Assembly (NCBI GenBank): GCA_030264375.1
Contig: JASCQW010000099.1
Location: 67,100,792 to 67,164,791, forward strand
DNA length: 64,000 bases
Source of the DNA: Carcharhinus longimanus
Taxonomy: Eukaryota
Direction of reading: 5' to 3'
Position numbers and translations under genes: made by a program. The notes under the pieces are model-generated. The model was not told the DNA's origin. It was given only the letters and a program-made list of their open reading frames with translations, and ran no database searches. Of the stretch, positions 49,781 through 61,232 are shown piece by piece (the stretch's first letter is position 1; every line of letters starts with the position of its first letter).

Positions 49781-52149
49781 TCAGGAAGATTTCACTATTC
49801 ATATTTTCAGTGTTGCTGGATGACTTTTTTGTGGCATTGAAAATTCATGATTTATCATTAATCCTTTAATGGTTGCAACAAGGTGACAATTCTTGTCAAA
49901 TCAAGACTATCAACAAATTATCAATAAAAATATCAAATGAAATTGGAAAATCTAGTTATAATTTGACGCCATGGTCTTTCTGTCACAAATAGAAAAAGGT
50001 GCTAGATGTTAAAAGGGAGCTAAGCATTCATCAAAGAAATCTTAATACTTAAGAACGGAGCACTTGCTTTAATTTTTTACACCAACTTCGTAGCATCAGG
50101 AACTCTTAGATCAGAATGGATTTGATGTATCCTGTAATGCACATAACTACTGAATAATCATGTGTAATTTTGTTGCCAGCTCACTTTCACTGTTTATTTA
50201 TTGTACCTCACTGATGTGCCTAAATAACTTCTTGTCCTGTGGCTTGCAAACGCAGTTTATAAATTATTGCTAAACTGGGAGTACACTGTGGCCATTTACG
50301 TAACTATATCAAACATACATTTGTTTTGAACCTGGGTTATGAAAATGTATAATTTCATAATTCGTATGTTTTATAAGTAAACTTTTTAGTTTGGGCGTTG
50401 AACTATCACTGTCAGATAATAGAATCACCTGACTTGGGAGTCAAGTAAATTGGTTAAAGTAGTTGCAGTTCAAAAGGTAACCTATGTTTATTTAGCAAGG
50501 TAAGAGTTGAAAGTGGGAAGATAATAAACAATAGGCTTCTTGGTAATTGTCCTCATTAGAGAAATAAATTATTCATGTAGACCCCAGAATCAAAGGGATG
50601 TTTTGGAAGGTGAAGTTAATTAGTTTAGATCTTTATTTGTGACCTCTCAGATGTGCCATATTGCCATAGCGATAAATTGTAGGGGAATAGTGTTTTTATT
50701 TTGGCTTTAGTTTTTTGATATCTCTCAGATTCAGATAGTTGCATTTGGAGCCCAGAAACAGTTTTGAAAAAGAGAGAAAGATAACGTTGCCAGCAGCTGG
50801 TGGGAACCTTGAAACAGCTTTGAGATAAGGAGATGGAGAAGTCTGCCAGGACTTGGAGAGGAGTATCAAAGAGCTAACAGAAACCAAATGTATTTTCTTA
50901 TTTTGGAGTTATAGTGTGAGATTTTCCAGGTGTGCTCACTCCAAAACCAGAAAATCCTGCCTGAGGTCAATGGACCTTTCCATGGTCTGCCACCCCCTTG
51001 CTATGATTTCTGTAGTGGGCAGGACAGGTAAATTCTCCCCCCCCAGTAGAATGAGAAAAGCAAAGATGCCCATGCTTGACCTGGGATGTTCNNNNNNNNN
51101 NNNNNNNNNNNNNNNNNNNNNNNNNNNNNNNNNNNNNNNNNNNNNNNNNNNNNNNNNNNNNNNNNNNNNNNNNNNNNNNNNNNNNNNNNNNGTGGGCAGG
51201 ACAGGTAAATTCTCCCCCCCCAGTAGAATGAGAAAAGCAAAGATGCCCATGCTTGACCTGGGATGTTCACAAAGTTGAGATTTTGAAAGAGAGTTGAAAG
51301 GTTCGCCCAGCCAGATGCTAGTGCAAGGATCCCAAAAAATGTCATGCCTCAGAGGATAGCAGAAACATTGAGGAGAATAAAAGTGAATTCCTGAGAGCTG
51401 TGGCAAACTTTGGTTTGGTCCCTAGAAAAGAGAAGAAATGCTCAAGATCCTGTAAAGAGTAGGGGACTCATGAGTGGAAAAAATAAAACAGGAAGTGGTC
51501 TGTTGAGTTTTTTGGATTTAAAACCAAAGCGCTTTTTGAAGTATATCAGGCCAGATTTTCACCCATGGTTTGGGTGCACAGACAGAGGAGAATTCCTAGC
51601 TGCACAAACCTGGCTGCCCAAACATTGGATATTCAGTCCAGGAGTTGTGGGTTGAATTACAAGTCAGGCAAGTGACCTGGGAAGAGCTGAACTGTCAGAT
51701 GCAGGGGTGTGTGCAAAGCCTGCCTCGAGTATCTGGCATGATGTCCAATGTTTAAAAATAAAGAATATAATGTGAAACATCTCTCCAGCCCTCACCCCCT
51801 ACACACTCTCATGCCAATTCATGTCACCCACCTGTTACCCACCCCCAGCTCCATGGGCTATCATGATCCTCATTCTAAGTTATGCCCCAGAGAACCCCAT
51901 GCCCTTAATAGCCCTTTTAACCAATTTAGTGCCAAATCATATCAACCCATGACCCCACCCACCACTCTTTGTGTTCACATGTACCATGACAACTCACCCA
52001 GTATCCACTATGGGCAGACCTCGGAATCAGTGCAGAAATCAGACAAAATAGAGTTCTGTAAACAAAGTTCTAAGTGTCTCTTTCATATTATAAATTTCAC
52101 TATTGAAACAAACATTTTCATTCACAAAGCTCATTTATATATTTGCATT

Positions 52150-52445
52150 GGTGTAGACAGTGGGCAGCGTCGGAGTGGGCAGCGGAGTGAGTGGGAAGCA
52201 GAGTGAGCTACTAGGGCTTAAGATCAAAAGGGCTGGGGAGAAAAAGGGCCAGGTAAGTTCGTGTGGAAATTTTNNNNNNNNNNNNNNNNNNNNNNNNNNN
52301 NNNNNNNNNNNNNNNNNNNNNNNNNNNNNNNNNNNNNNNNNNNNNNNNNNNNNNNNNNNNNNNNNNNNNNNNNTGAATGGCGGGGCAGGCTCGAAGGGCT
52401 AGATGGCCTACTCCTGCTCCTATTTCTTATGTTCTTATGTTCTTA
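52150..52445 (+). mobile_element. Young CR1: probable 5' end, gap, and 3' tail
   Basis: A G-rich GTGGGCAGCG-repeat leader precedes the gap. The tail after the gap is nearly identical to 6065-6130. Confidence 0.65.
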
Positions 52446-52777
52446 TTCCTCCAACTAAATAAAACTTGACAGTAACAAACAGTTTGGTCAAGTATGCAAT
52501 CCCTTATCACAATATTAATTGAAATTCATAGTCCCTACATCATAGACTCTAACCACTTGGAGCTGTCAATCAGTGAAATGAACAGCACCTTACTGGGAAA
52601 AAAAGGTACCTATGAAATCAGTCATGTAACACTAATCTAGTAATGGAAACTCTCAGGTTTGTGTCAACAGACAATGAAATAGCAAGCAATGTTACGATGT
52701 CTAAACAGCACACATGCAGTTTCACAGTCCAAGGTTACCAAAATCCTACTTCAGTGGAGGGAGCTGGTGATTGAAAG

Positions 52778-52827
52778 TACACATGTACTTTAGGGAGGAG
52801 CAACATCCTCCCTAAAGTACATGTGTA
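52778..52827. repeat. Perfect 22-bp inverted repeat with a 6-nt loop
   Basis: TACACATGTACTTTAGGGAGGA-GCAACA-TCCTCCCTAAAGTACATGTGTA. Confidence 0.95.
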
Positions 52828-52939
52828 AAATATGCCCTGCTCCCATACCTGCCCCTGCAAAAATGGATAGTGCCATTTTTAAAAAATCACTCACATGGCT
52901 TCAATGATGAAGTGAACATTTGTTATCCATAACTATCAT

Positions 52940-53298
52940 GGAGGCAATGGCCTAATGGTATTGTTGCTAGACTATTAATCCAGAAACTCAACCAATGTTC
53001 TGGGGATCCAGATTTGAATCCCGCTACAGCAGAGTGGAATTTAAATTCAATAAAAAGTATCTGGAATCATGAATCTACTGGTGACCATGAAACCGTTTTT
53101 AATTGTTGAAGAAATCTATCTGGTTCACTAATGCTCTTTAGAGAAGGCAATCTACTGTCCTTATCTGATCTGGCCTCCATGTGACTCCAGAGCCACAACA
53201 ATGCAGTTGACTCTCAACTACCCCCCAAAGACAGCTATGCATTGGCAATAAATGCTGGCCCAGCCAGCATACCCATGTTCCTTGAATGAATAAAAAAA
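52940..53298 (+). mobile_element. tRNA-derived SINE (family of 16120-16460)
   Basis: Head GGAGGCAATGGCCTAATGGTA...TTTGAATCCC; same body and tail as the other copies. Confidence 0.8.
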
Positions 53299-53299
53299 C

Positions 53300-55200
53300 T
53301 AAATGCCTTTCAGAAGGGGGTGGTGAGCTGCTGTCTTAAGCTGCTGCAATCTGTGTGGTGTAGATACACCCACAGGGCTTTTCAAGAGGGAGTTCCAGGA
53401 TTTTGACCAGTGACAGTGAAGGAATGGCGATATATTTTAAGTCAGGATAGTAAGTGACTTGGAGGGGAATTTTCAGGTGATACTTTCCCATGTGTCTGCA
53501 GCCCTTGTCCTTCTAGATGGTAGTAGTCATAAGTTTGGAAGGTGCTATCTGAGGATCCTTGCTGGATCCCTGCAGTACATCTTCTAGATGGTATACATAG
53601 ATACTAATGTGTGCTGATAGTGGAGGCAGAGAATGTTTGTGAACGGGATGCCAGTTAAGTAGACTGCTTTGTCCTGGATGCTGTTGAATTTCTTGAGTGT
53701 TGTTGGAGCTGCACTCATCTAGGCCAGTGACAGTATTCCATTACACTCTTGATTTGTGCCTTGTAGAGTGTGGACGAGCTTTGAGGAAGTCAGAAGGTGA
53801 GTTATTTTCCACCGCGTTCCTAGCTTTTGACCTCTCTTGTAGCAACAGTATTTATATGGCTAGTCCAGTTCAGTTTCTAGACATTGGTATCCACCGGGAT
53901 GTTGATAGTGGGAGATTCAATGATGGAAATGCCATTGAATGTCAAGGAGCGATGGTTAGATCCTCTCTTGTTGGAGATGGCCATTGTATGGCACAAATGT
54001 TCCAAGCCACTTGTCGGCCCAAGCCTGGATATTGTCTGTCTGGGTTTTGTTGCATTTGGACATGGACTGCTTTGGTGTCTGAGGAATTATGAATGGAGCC
54101 GAACATTGTGCAGTCATCAGTGAACACCCCACTTCTGATGATGGAAAAAATAGCATTAGTGATGCAGCTGAAAAATGTTGGGCCTAGGACACTACCCTGA
54201 GGAACTCCTGCAATGATTTGAAATGACTGACCTCCAACAACCACAGCCATCTTGCTTTATGCTATATAAGAGTCCAACCAGCGGAGGGTTTTCTCCTGAT
54301 TCCCATTGACTCCAAGTTTGCTTGGGCTCCCTGATGCCCCAGTTGCTCAAATGTGGCCTTGATGTCAACAGCAGTCACTGTCACCACACCTCTGGAGTTC
54401 AGCCCTTCTGTCCATGTTTGAACCAAGTCTGTAATAAGGTCAGGAACCGAGTGACATTGACAGAACCCAAACTGAGCACCAGTGGGCAGATAATTGCTGA
54501 ACAAGTGCCTCTTGATAACACTGTGATGACCCCTTCCATCACTTTACTGATGATCAAGTGTAGACTGATGGGGCAGTAATTGGCAGGGTTGGATTTATCC
54601 AGTTTCCTGTATGTAGGACAGACCTGGGCGATTTTCCACATCGCCACTTGGATGTCAGTGTTGTAGCTGTACTGGAACTATTAGGCTATGGGCATATCAA
54701 GTTCTGGAGCAAAAGTCTTCGGTACTATTGTCAGAATATTGCCAGAGCTCATAGCCTTTGCAGTATCCAATGCCTTCAACCTTTTCCTGATATCACATTG
54801 AATCAAATTGGCGGAAGACTGACACCTGTGATGCTGGGTTCAACTGGAGAAGGCTGATACATCCACCTGGCACTTCAAGCTGAAGATTGTTGTAAATGCT
54901 TCAGCCTTTTTTTGTAGTCATGTGTTAGGCTCCTCCACCAAGGAGGATGGGACTTTTGTGGAGCCTCCACAATGCAGTGTCACTCACCACTGGATGTGGC
55001 TGGACTGCAGTGTTTAGATCTGATCCATCGGTTGTGGGAGTGCTTATTTCTCTCTATCACTTGCTGCTTATACTATTTGGTACACTAGCCTTGTGTTTGC
55101 CATCCTCGGTGCTTCCTCCAAATGGTGTTCAACATGGAGGAATACTGATTCATCAACTGAGGGGGAGCGGCATGTGCTAATCAGAAGGAAGTTTCCTTAC
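53300..55200 (-). mobile_element. CR1/L2-group LINE 3' half
   Basis: Minus-strand ORFs contain DKSNPANYCPISL, QFGFCQ, AGVPQGSVLGPT and FTDDCT. Confidence 0.85.
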
Positions 55201-55834
55201 CTATGTTTAACCTGGTGCCGTGAGGATGGGACTTGCGTTTTCAGCTGCTTCCGCCATTTTTGCCATGATGGAGCAGCTCTCGGTCTTTGTAAAAATCTGC
55301 ACCATTGTGTTAAGATGGTAGTACTTGCTTTATTTAACTCTTGTACAGAAAAAGGTTTTTTGTGTTTGAAACATGAAACCTTATGACATAATTCTTTCTG
55401 TGAATAACTGGGAGTTAGAATTTGTTTTTAGAAGTCACTGGTCTCCTTCAAGATCATCCTCCATGGCTCAGTTCATTAGCAGTATTCACAGCCCTTTTAT
55501 GTATGCCAGCAAAACTGCTTTATGTTATGTAACAATTATTCAGAAATGTTTGTAGTATTTTCTGATTCAAATTATGTTATTATAATTCATGAAATAAGTA
55601 ATCAGTGGTCTTGATTATCTTTATCTTTGTTTAATGATATCTTACTTTTTTGAAGTACTAGATAGACACAGCTGGTGAGGAAGATGTTCCATATCAAAGC
55701 TACATACTATGTATGAAATTAGTATGGATGTGATTTGCTAATGTTCAGACAATGATCTGAGGACCTGGAACCCTTCATGTTGTGAAGAAAATATTAGAAA
55801 AGGATCCTTGAATCACTGATGTTCCATGAATGAT

Positions 55835-56180
55835 TTTGATTTGATTTTATTATCACATGTATTAAAATACAGTGAAAAGTATTGTTTCTTGCATGCTATA
55901 CAGACAAGCATACCATTCATAAAGGGGGAAAGGAGAGAGTGCAGAATGTATTGTTATAGTCATAGCTAGGATGTTCAAGTAGTAAGAGATAGGTTTATTC
56001 AAAATTCTGATGGCAGGGGGAAGAAGCTGTTCTTGAGTCAGTTGGTACGTGACCTCAGACTATTGTATCTTTTCCTGACGGAAGAAGATGGAAGAGAGTG
56101 TGTCCAGGGTGCGCGGGGTCCTTAATTATGCTGGCTGCTTTTCCAAGGTAAGTGTAGACAGAGTCAATGGATGGGAAGCA
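55835..56180 (-). mobile_element. Rex1/Babar 3' UTR fragment
   Basis: (TTGAT)n tail; collinear with 19572-19945. Confidence 0.8.
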
Positions 56181-57261
56181 GGTTGGAATCCAGATAAGCT
56201 GAAAACTAGTTTTCTTCACCAGTTCCTGCAGGGCTTAGTTTCTACTGGAATCTTTGACCACCCCAAACAACAGCTTTGGATTAAAAACTTAGAGCTCCCT
56301 CATCAACCTGGTGAAACAACAATAGTGAAAGGAAGCATTCAATCCACAATGGTATGCAAGTAAGGACCCACTGAGGATGCAGGCCTCAACCATGGCCTTA
56401 AATGCCCTGAAGATGCTTTCCTGTGTCCTTATTTGTTTTGCCATTCTCTTTAAAGAGACTAGTGGAAAAATTGAACATAGAGGGTAGAGGGAATCTAGGG
56501 GGCCCTTGAGGTGGTGGGGGCGGGGGAGGGGGGAGGTCGGGAGTGGGGGGGTGGTGACCCTGAGTTACAGCATATCTTGTTTTATAATAATGGCATGAAA
56601 ATAACTATGCGATGAAAAGTCTGACAGTGTGAGACACAACAAAAACAAATGCAAAGAATTTGATATATTGTATGTGTGTATGTATATTCACTATTTTCAA
56701 AAATTATTTTCCTCTTCACTAATGAAGTTGTTTATGTTGTTACTGTTTGCTTTCCTGTCTTTTTTCCTCTACAACCTAATTTTCTTTTTTTCTGCTTTCC
56801 TTGTGTCTTCCTTTCCTTTGTTTCCCACGCATCTTAAGCACTTGCCTATTCCTGTCTGCTGGTTTCTTTCATTATTAATTTGTTTATTAATTAATGTCTC
56901 CTTGACAAACTTTGAATTTTTTGATTGTATAACATGGAAAAAATTTTGGGGAAGAAGTTTGTTGCATTAAAATCCTGGTATTGACATCAGGTTGTACAAA
57001 ACCAGTGGCTGATCCGCTAGATTAAAAATTAAGATTCACTTCTTGAGTATTTGATAAGGAGGAATTTTGCATTCCAAAATCAGCTATCACCCTAAGACCT
57101 ATATTTGTAATAGATGAATCAAATGTAGAAAATGCTGACAAGGCACATTTCGCTAGCATCTGAGGGAATAGGACAGGTCAAATTTCTAGGTAAAGACCTT
57201 TCATTAGGAGGAATATGTACATTGTTTTAAAAGGCAGTTACTTCTTCTTTCCTTCCTCTAG

Positions 57262-57295
57262 TATGTGCCAGGTATGCTTCTGTTGGCATTGGTAA
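57262..57295 (+). CDS. Candidate alternative terminal coding exon of CLIP4, (S)MCQVCFCWHW*
   Basis: Strong acceptor cttcttctttccttcctctag|T; phase 2 matches the donor at 46325; stop TAA at 57293-57295; ATTAAA at 57635-57640. No expression evidence. Confidence 0.45.
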
Positions 57296-57884
57296 CTATG
57301 GAAACTAGGCATGATGATTGACTGCATTGTGGTGCAAAAGAAGGAATATGAAATAAGAAAAGGTTCTATTTTATAGAAAAGAGAAACAGTAAGGAGGAAA
57401 GAAAACCAAGAAAAGGACCAAAAGTATAATTAAGACTCAAAACGATTTTTTAAAAATTGAGGAATTTATCAAAAATAATTGACTTACTGACTGCAAGAAC
57501 ATAAAGGGCTTTCAGACATCACAAATCATGATGGTACAAAATCTACTTCACAGATTCATTCATTCAATCTATTCAGGTTAATTATTCAGAACAATTTTTG
57601 CACCCTAAATGCCAATTGCAATTGCTTTGAATACATTAAAGCATTGTTATTGTTCTGAAGCACTCTTTGGAGACTGGTGCATTTTATTTGTAATAGCAAT
57701 CACAATGTTAATATTTTGTTTATTCTTTCTGTAACATAAAAGTTTCTGTATCTAGAGAAGAACGTGCACACTCAAAGAAGGAATAGAAGGATATGTTGAT
57801 CAGCACATCTACTGGCACAGGATAAATTGCCTATTTCCTTTCCCCCGCCTAAAAACCTGTCGGTGGGGAGCATAAAATTCTGGC

Positions 57885-58432
57885 CGAAGATTTGTTTAAA
57901 GTAGCTGTGAAATTAGGGTTCATAGCGTTACAGGTGCCAGCACTAGGGAAGTTCTAAAAGCCTAGAAATTATAACTTGGTACAAAATTATTAGTCACTTG
58001 GATAATTGAAGGTTAATGAAGGAAAGCAAACACAGATTTTTTAAGGGCAAATAATGTTTAAATAACTTGCTTGAGTATTTGATGAGTATCAGATAGAGTT
58101 AATGAGAGTAACGCTCTTGCTGTGCTGTAAATGGACTTTCAAAAGTTTTTAATAAAGTGCCACACAAGAGACTTGTGATAATTATAGCTGATGAAATAAA
58201 AGGTAGACTACCAACATGGATGCAAAATTGGCTGAATGGAACAGAATAGTGATTAATGGTTGTATTTTGGACTGGAAGAAGGATTATTGTGAATTTCCTC
58301 AAGGTTGGTGTTAGGACGCCTGTTCTGCTAATGGATATTAATGGTCTAGGTCTTGTGTGTACAGGACACAATTTCAATTTTTTTGGGCAATACAGAACTT
58401 GGAAGAATTGCACTATGAGGAGGATAGTGTAG
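57885..58432 (+). mobile_element. Old CR1 RT fragment
   Basis: ATGGACTTTCAAAAGTTTTTAATAAAGTGCCACAC (MDFQK..KVPH) and neighbouring CR1 RT sequence. Confidence 0.7.
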
Positions 58433-58739
58433 AACAGGCATGTCCAATCTGAAAGATAATGTTTGATACAACATTAAATACAAATTTCAAAAGTAAAGCT
58501 GACATATGAAAAGAAACAACTTGCTGAACAAAACAATGCCACAACAGTAAATTGACAATAAGGAAAATGAGTGGAAGGTGAGAGTGTGTGTATCTAGCTT
58601 AGTCTCTTTCTCAAGGTGCTCACTTACTCACCCTCGCCTACTGTGAGTGCCTGTTGGATGTGGGTGTGCAGATGAATGACAACCCTGAGACTGGGAGCAA
58701 GCCAGACCTACACTCTCCCCTCCTTCTCTAACATTCCTC

Positions 58740-58896
58740 CATCTCACACAAACAAACACANNNNNNNNNNNNNNNNNNNNNNNNNNNNNNNNNNNNNNNN
58801 NNNNNNNNNNNNNNNNNNNNNNNNNNNNNNNNNNNNNNNNNNNNNNNNNNNNNNNNNNNNAGTGAACACACTCATCCATCAGACACATTCAACCTT

Positions 58897-58928
<32 letters not shown>

Positions 58929-59335
58929 CACACACATATACATTCAACTGCACACACACACACATACACACACACACATTCAACTCACACACTTACCCCT
59001 CCCTCTCATATGCATGCACAAACTGAACCATCACACGCATGGACACATGCACACATTAACCCCTCTCTCAGACAAACACATACACACTCGCGCACGCATA
59101 TATTCAACTTCACACACACTCACTCACCCCTCACGTACAGTAAGTACTCTCTCAATACCAGGTTAAAGTCCAACAGGTTTTTTTGGTTACATGAGCTTTT
59201 GGAGTACTGCTCTTTCATCAGGTGAGTGGTGGCACACACACATTCATCCCCATCCCACACACACAACTTCACACAAGCTCACCCTCACACACACACTCAA
59301 CCCCAACGCACTCACATATGTTCCTCACACACAGC
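58740..59335. repeat. (CA)n-rich degenerate microsatellite field with a gap
   Basis: Long CA runs, e.g. 58897-58978. Confidence 0.9.
59135..59229. mobile_element. Penelope pLTR fragment with a decayed hammerhead core
   Basis: CCAGGTTAAAGTCCAACAGG...TCATCAGGTGAGTG, homologous to 34812-34905. Confidence 0.7.
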
Positions 59336-60019
59336 GTAGAATATGTGAATATCTGGGCATGGTTCCTGAGTGCTAGGGACTGCTGCTGGTTGAGTGATGA
59401 GGATATAGTACATTAAGTAGCATAAAAAGATGGTGGTATGGTAGAAAGGAGATGTAATCATCACCCATGTGCAAACATTTAAGTTCTTTCATGTTGCCTG
59501 GTTCTCAGGGCCAGTTGATCTCCCTGACCACCTGCTGCCTCTTTTTTTTGAGGGTGGTTCTGGAGGGCCTCCTTTTCCCTATAAATGTTGCTGTTCTCTT
59601 CCGTGGACTTCCATGACTCAGGCCTCCAGCACAATGTCAGTGAATTATGGAGCCCTTTCTCTGCCCTTGTGCNNNNNNNNNNNNNNNNNNNNNNNNNNNN
59701 NNNNNNNNNNNNNNNNNNNNNNNNNNNNNNNNNNNNNNNNNNNNNNNNNNNNNNNNNNNNNNNNNNNNNNNNCCCTTGTGCTTGACTTCCAATCTCTCTC
59801 TCCATTTGCAACATTGGAAAACAGTAGCAGCCTCCTTTGATTCAGCACAGCTTCCCTTTAAGAGGGACAGACTATTTTTCCTTCTCTAGGGATCTCCATT
59901 AAGATCCATTTCTTTGACTAAACTTCCAATCTCCTCTCTTCTTCTATCTCATTTGACTTGGTATAGGGTATCCTTTCTCTGTAAAATGTTTTAGTATTTT
60001 TGACATTAACGTTGTTGTA

Positions 60020-61232
60020 AGTTGTTCTTTTTGACATAGATTAATGACCTGAGTCTATAGAGTATGATTTGCAGATTACACAGAGATTAGAAATGTACTA
60101 AACATTGAGGAGGATAGTAAGTAGGACAGAGACAGACTGGTGAAGTAGGCACACACAAGACAGGTGAAATTTAATATAGAAAAACGTGAAGTGATTCATT
60201 TTTGTCATAGAATAAAATGAGGCAATATGAACTAAATGACATAGAAGGCGTGCAAGAGGAGTATGAGCGCAAACATTTGAAAGCTACAGACAAATTGAAA
60301 AAGCTGCTTAAAAAGTATATGGGATCCTTGGCTTCATTAAATAAGGGACAAAGTACAATAACAAAGTCCTGCTCAGCTGAAGTATTGTTTCCAATTGTAA
60401 TTGATGAAGGCTGCTGAGCCCTTGGTGAGGTTGCAGAAGTTTATTAGAATGGTACGAGGCATGAGAAGCTTCAGTTATGTGGACAGACTGAAGAAATAGG
60501 ATTGTTCTGCAAAGAACAAAGGAGATTAAATTAAGATTTGATAGAAAGTTCAAAATCGTGAATAATTTTGATAGAATAAGGGAGGAGAACCTGTTTCTAT
60601 TGACAGAAGTGTCAGTAACCAAGGGACATAGATTTCAAGTGAATGGCACAAAAGCTAGAGATGATGGTAGCACAGCGGTTAGCAATTCTGCCTTCCAGTG
60701 CCAGGGACCTGGATTCGATTCTGGCCTTGAGTGACTGTGAGGAATTTGCATGTTCTCCCCATGTCTGCATGGGTTTCCTCCAGGTACTCTGGTTTCCTCC
60801 CACAGTTCAAAAATGTGCAGGTTAGGTGAATTGGCCATGCTAAATTGCCCATTGGTGAATAGTGTCCAAAGATGCGTAGCTTAGGTGGATTAACCATGGT
60901 AAATACACAGGGCTAGTGGGATGGAAAGGTGGGGGGTGGGGTGCTGGGTAAGATGCTCTATCACAGAGTTGGTGCACACTCGATAGACTGAATGGCCTCC
61001 TTCTGCACTGTAAGGACTCTATGGTTCTATACATGAGGAAACTTTTCTCACTTGAGTTATTGCTATCTGGAATGTGCTGCCTGAAAGGCCATTGGAAGCA
61101 GATACAATAGGGAATGCAATTAAACAGGGAATTGGATAAAGGGAATTCAGGAAAGAGAGATAAAGTGGACCTGAAGAACCAAAACACCCATGGTGGGCTG
61201 AATGGTCTCCTTCTGTGCTTTAACTGTGATTC
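60020..61232 (+). mobile_element. Old CR1 3' portion interrupted by an HE1-like SINE
   Basis: Degenerate TTTGCAGAT (FAD) region, RT end and tail GGGCTGAATGGTCTCCTTCTGTGC. Confidence 0.7.
60662..61030 (+). mobile_element. HE1-like V-SINE with a CR1-type tail
   Basis: tRNA head GGTAGCACAGCGGTTAGC...GATTCGATTC, core GGGTTTCCTCCAGGTACTCTGGTTTCCTCCCACAG and tail GAATGGCCTCCTTCTGCACTGTAAGG...CTATGGTTCTAT. Confidence 0.85.

Noticed and set aside
55432-55555. In-frame candidate terminal exon (R)SHWSPSRSSS...QKCL*
   Set aside because: Short pyrimidine tract with a competing AG about a dozen nt upstream, and no resemblance to known CLIP3/4 tails. Such acceptors occur by chance.
56497-56555. G-run cluster as a functional G-quadruplex element
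   Set aside because: G-runs are present, but similar runs are common in local MITE debris and there is no independent evidence of function.
58676-59416. His/Thr-rich ORFs
   Set aside because: These are translations of the (CA)n microsatellite.
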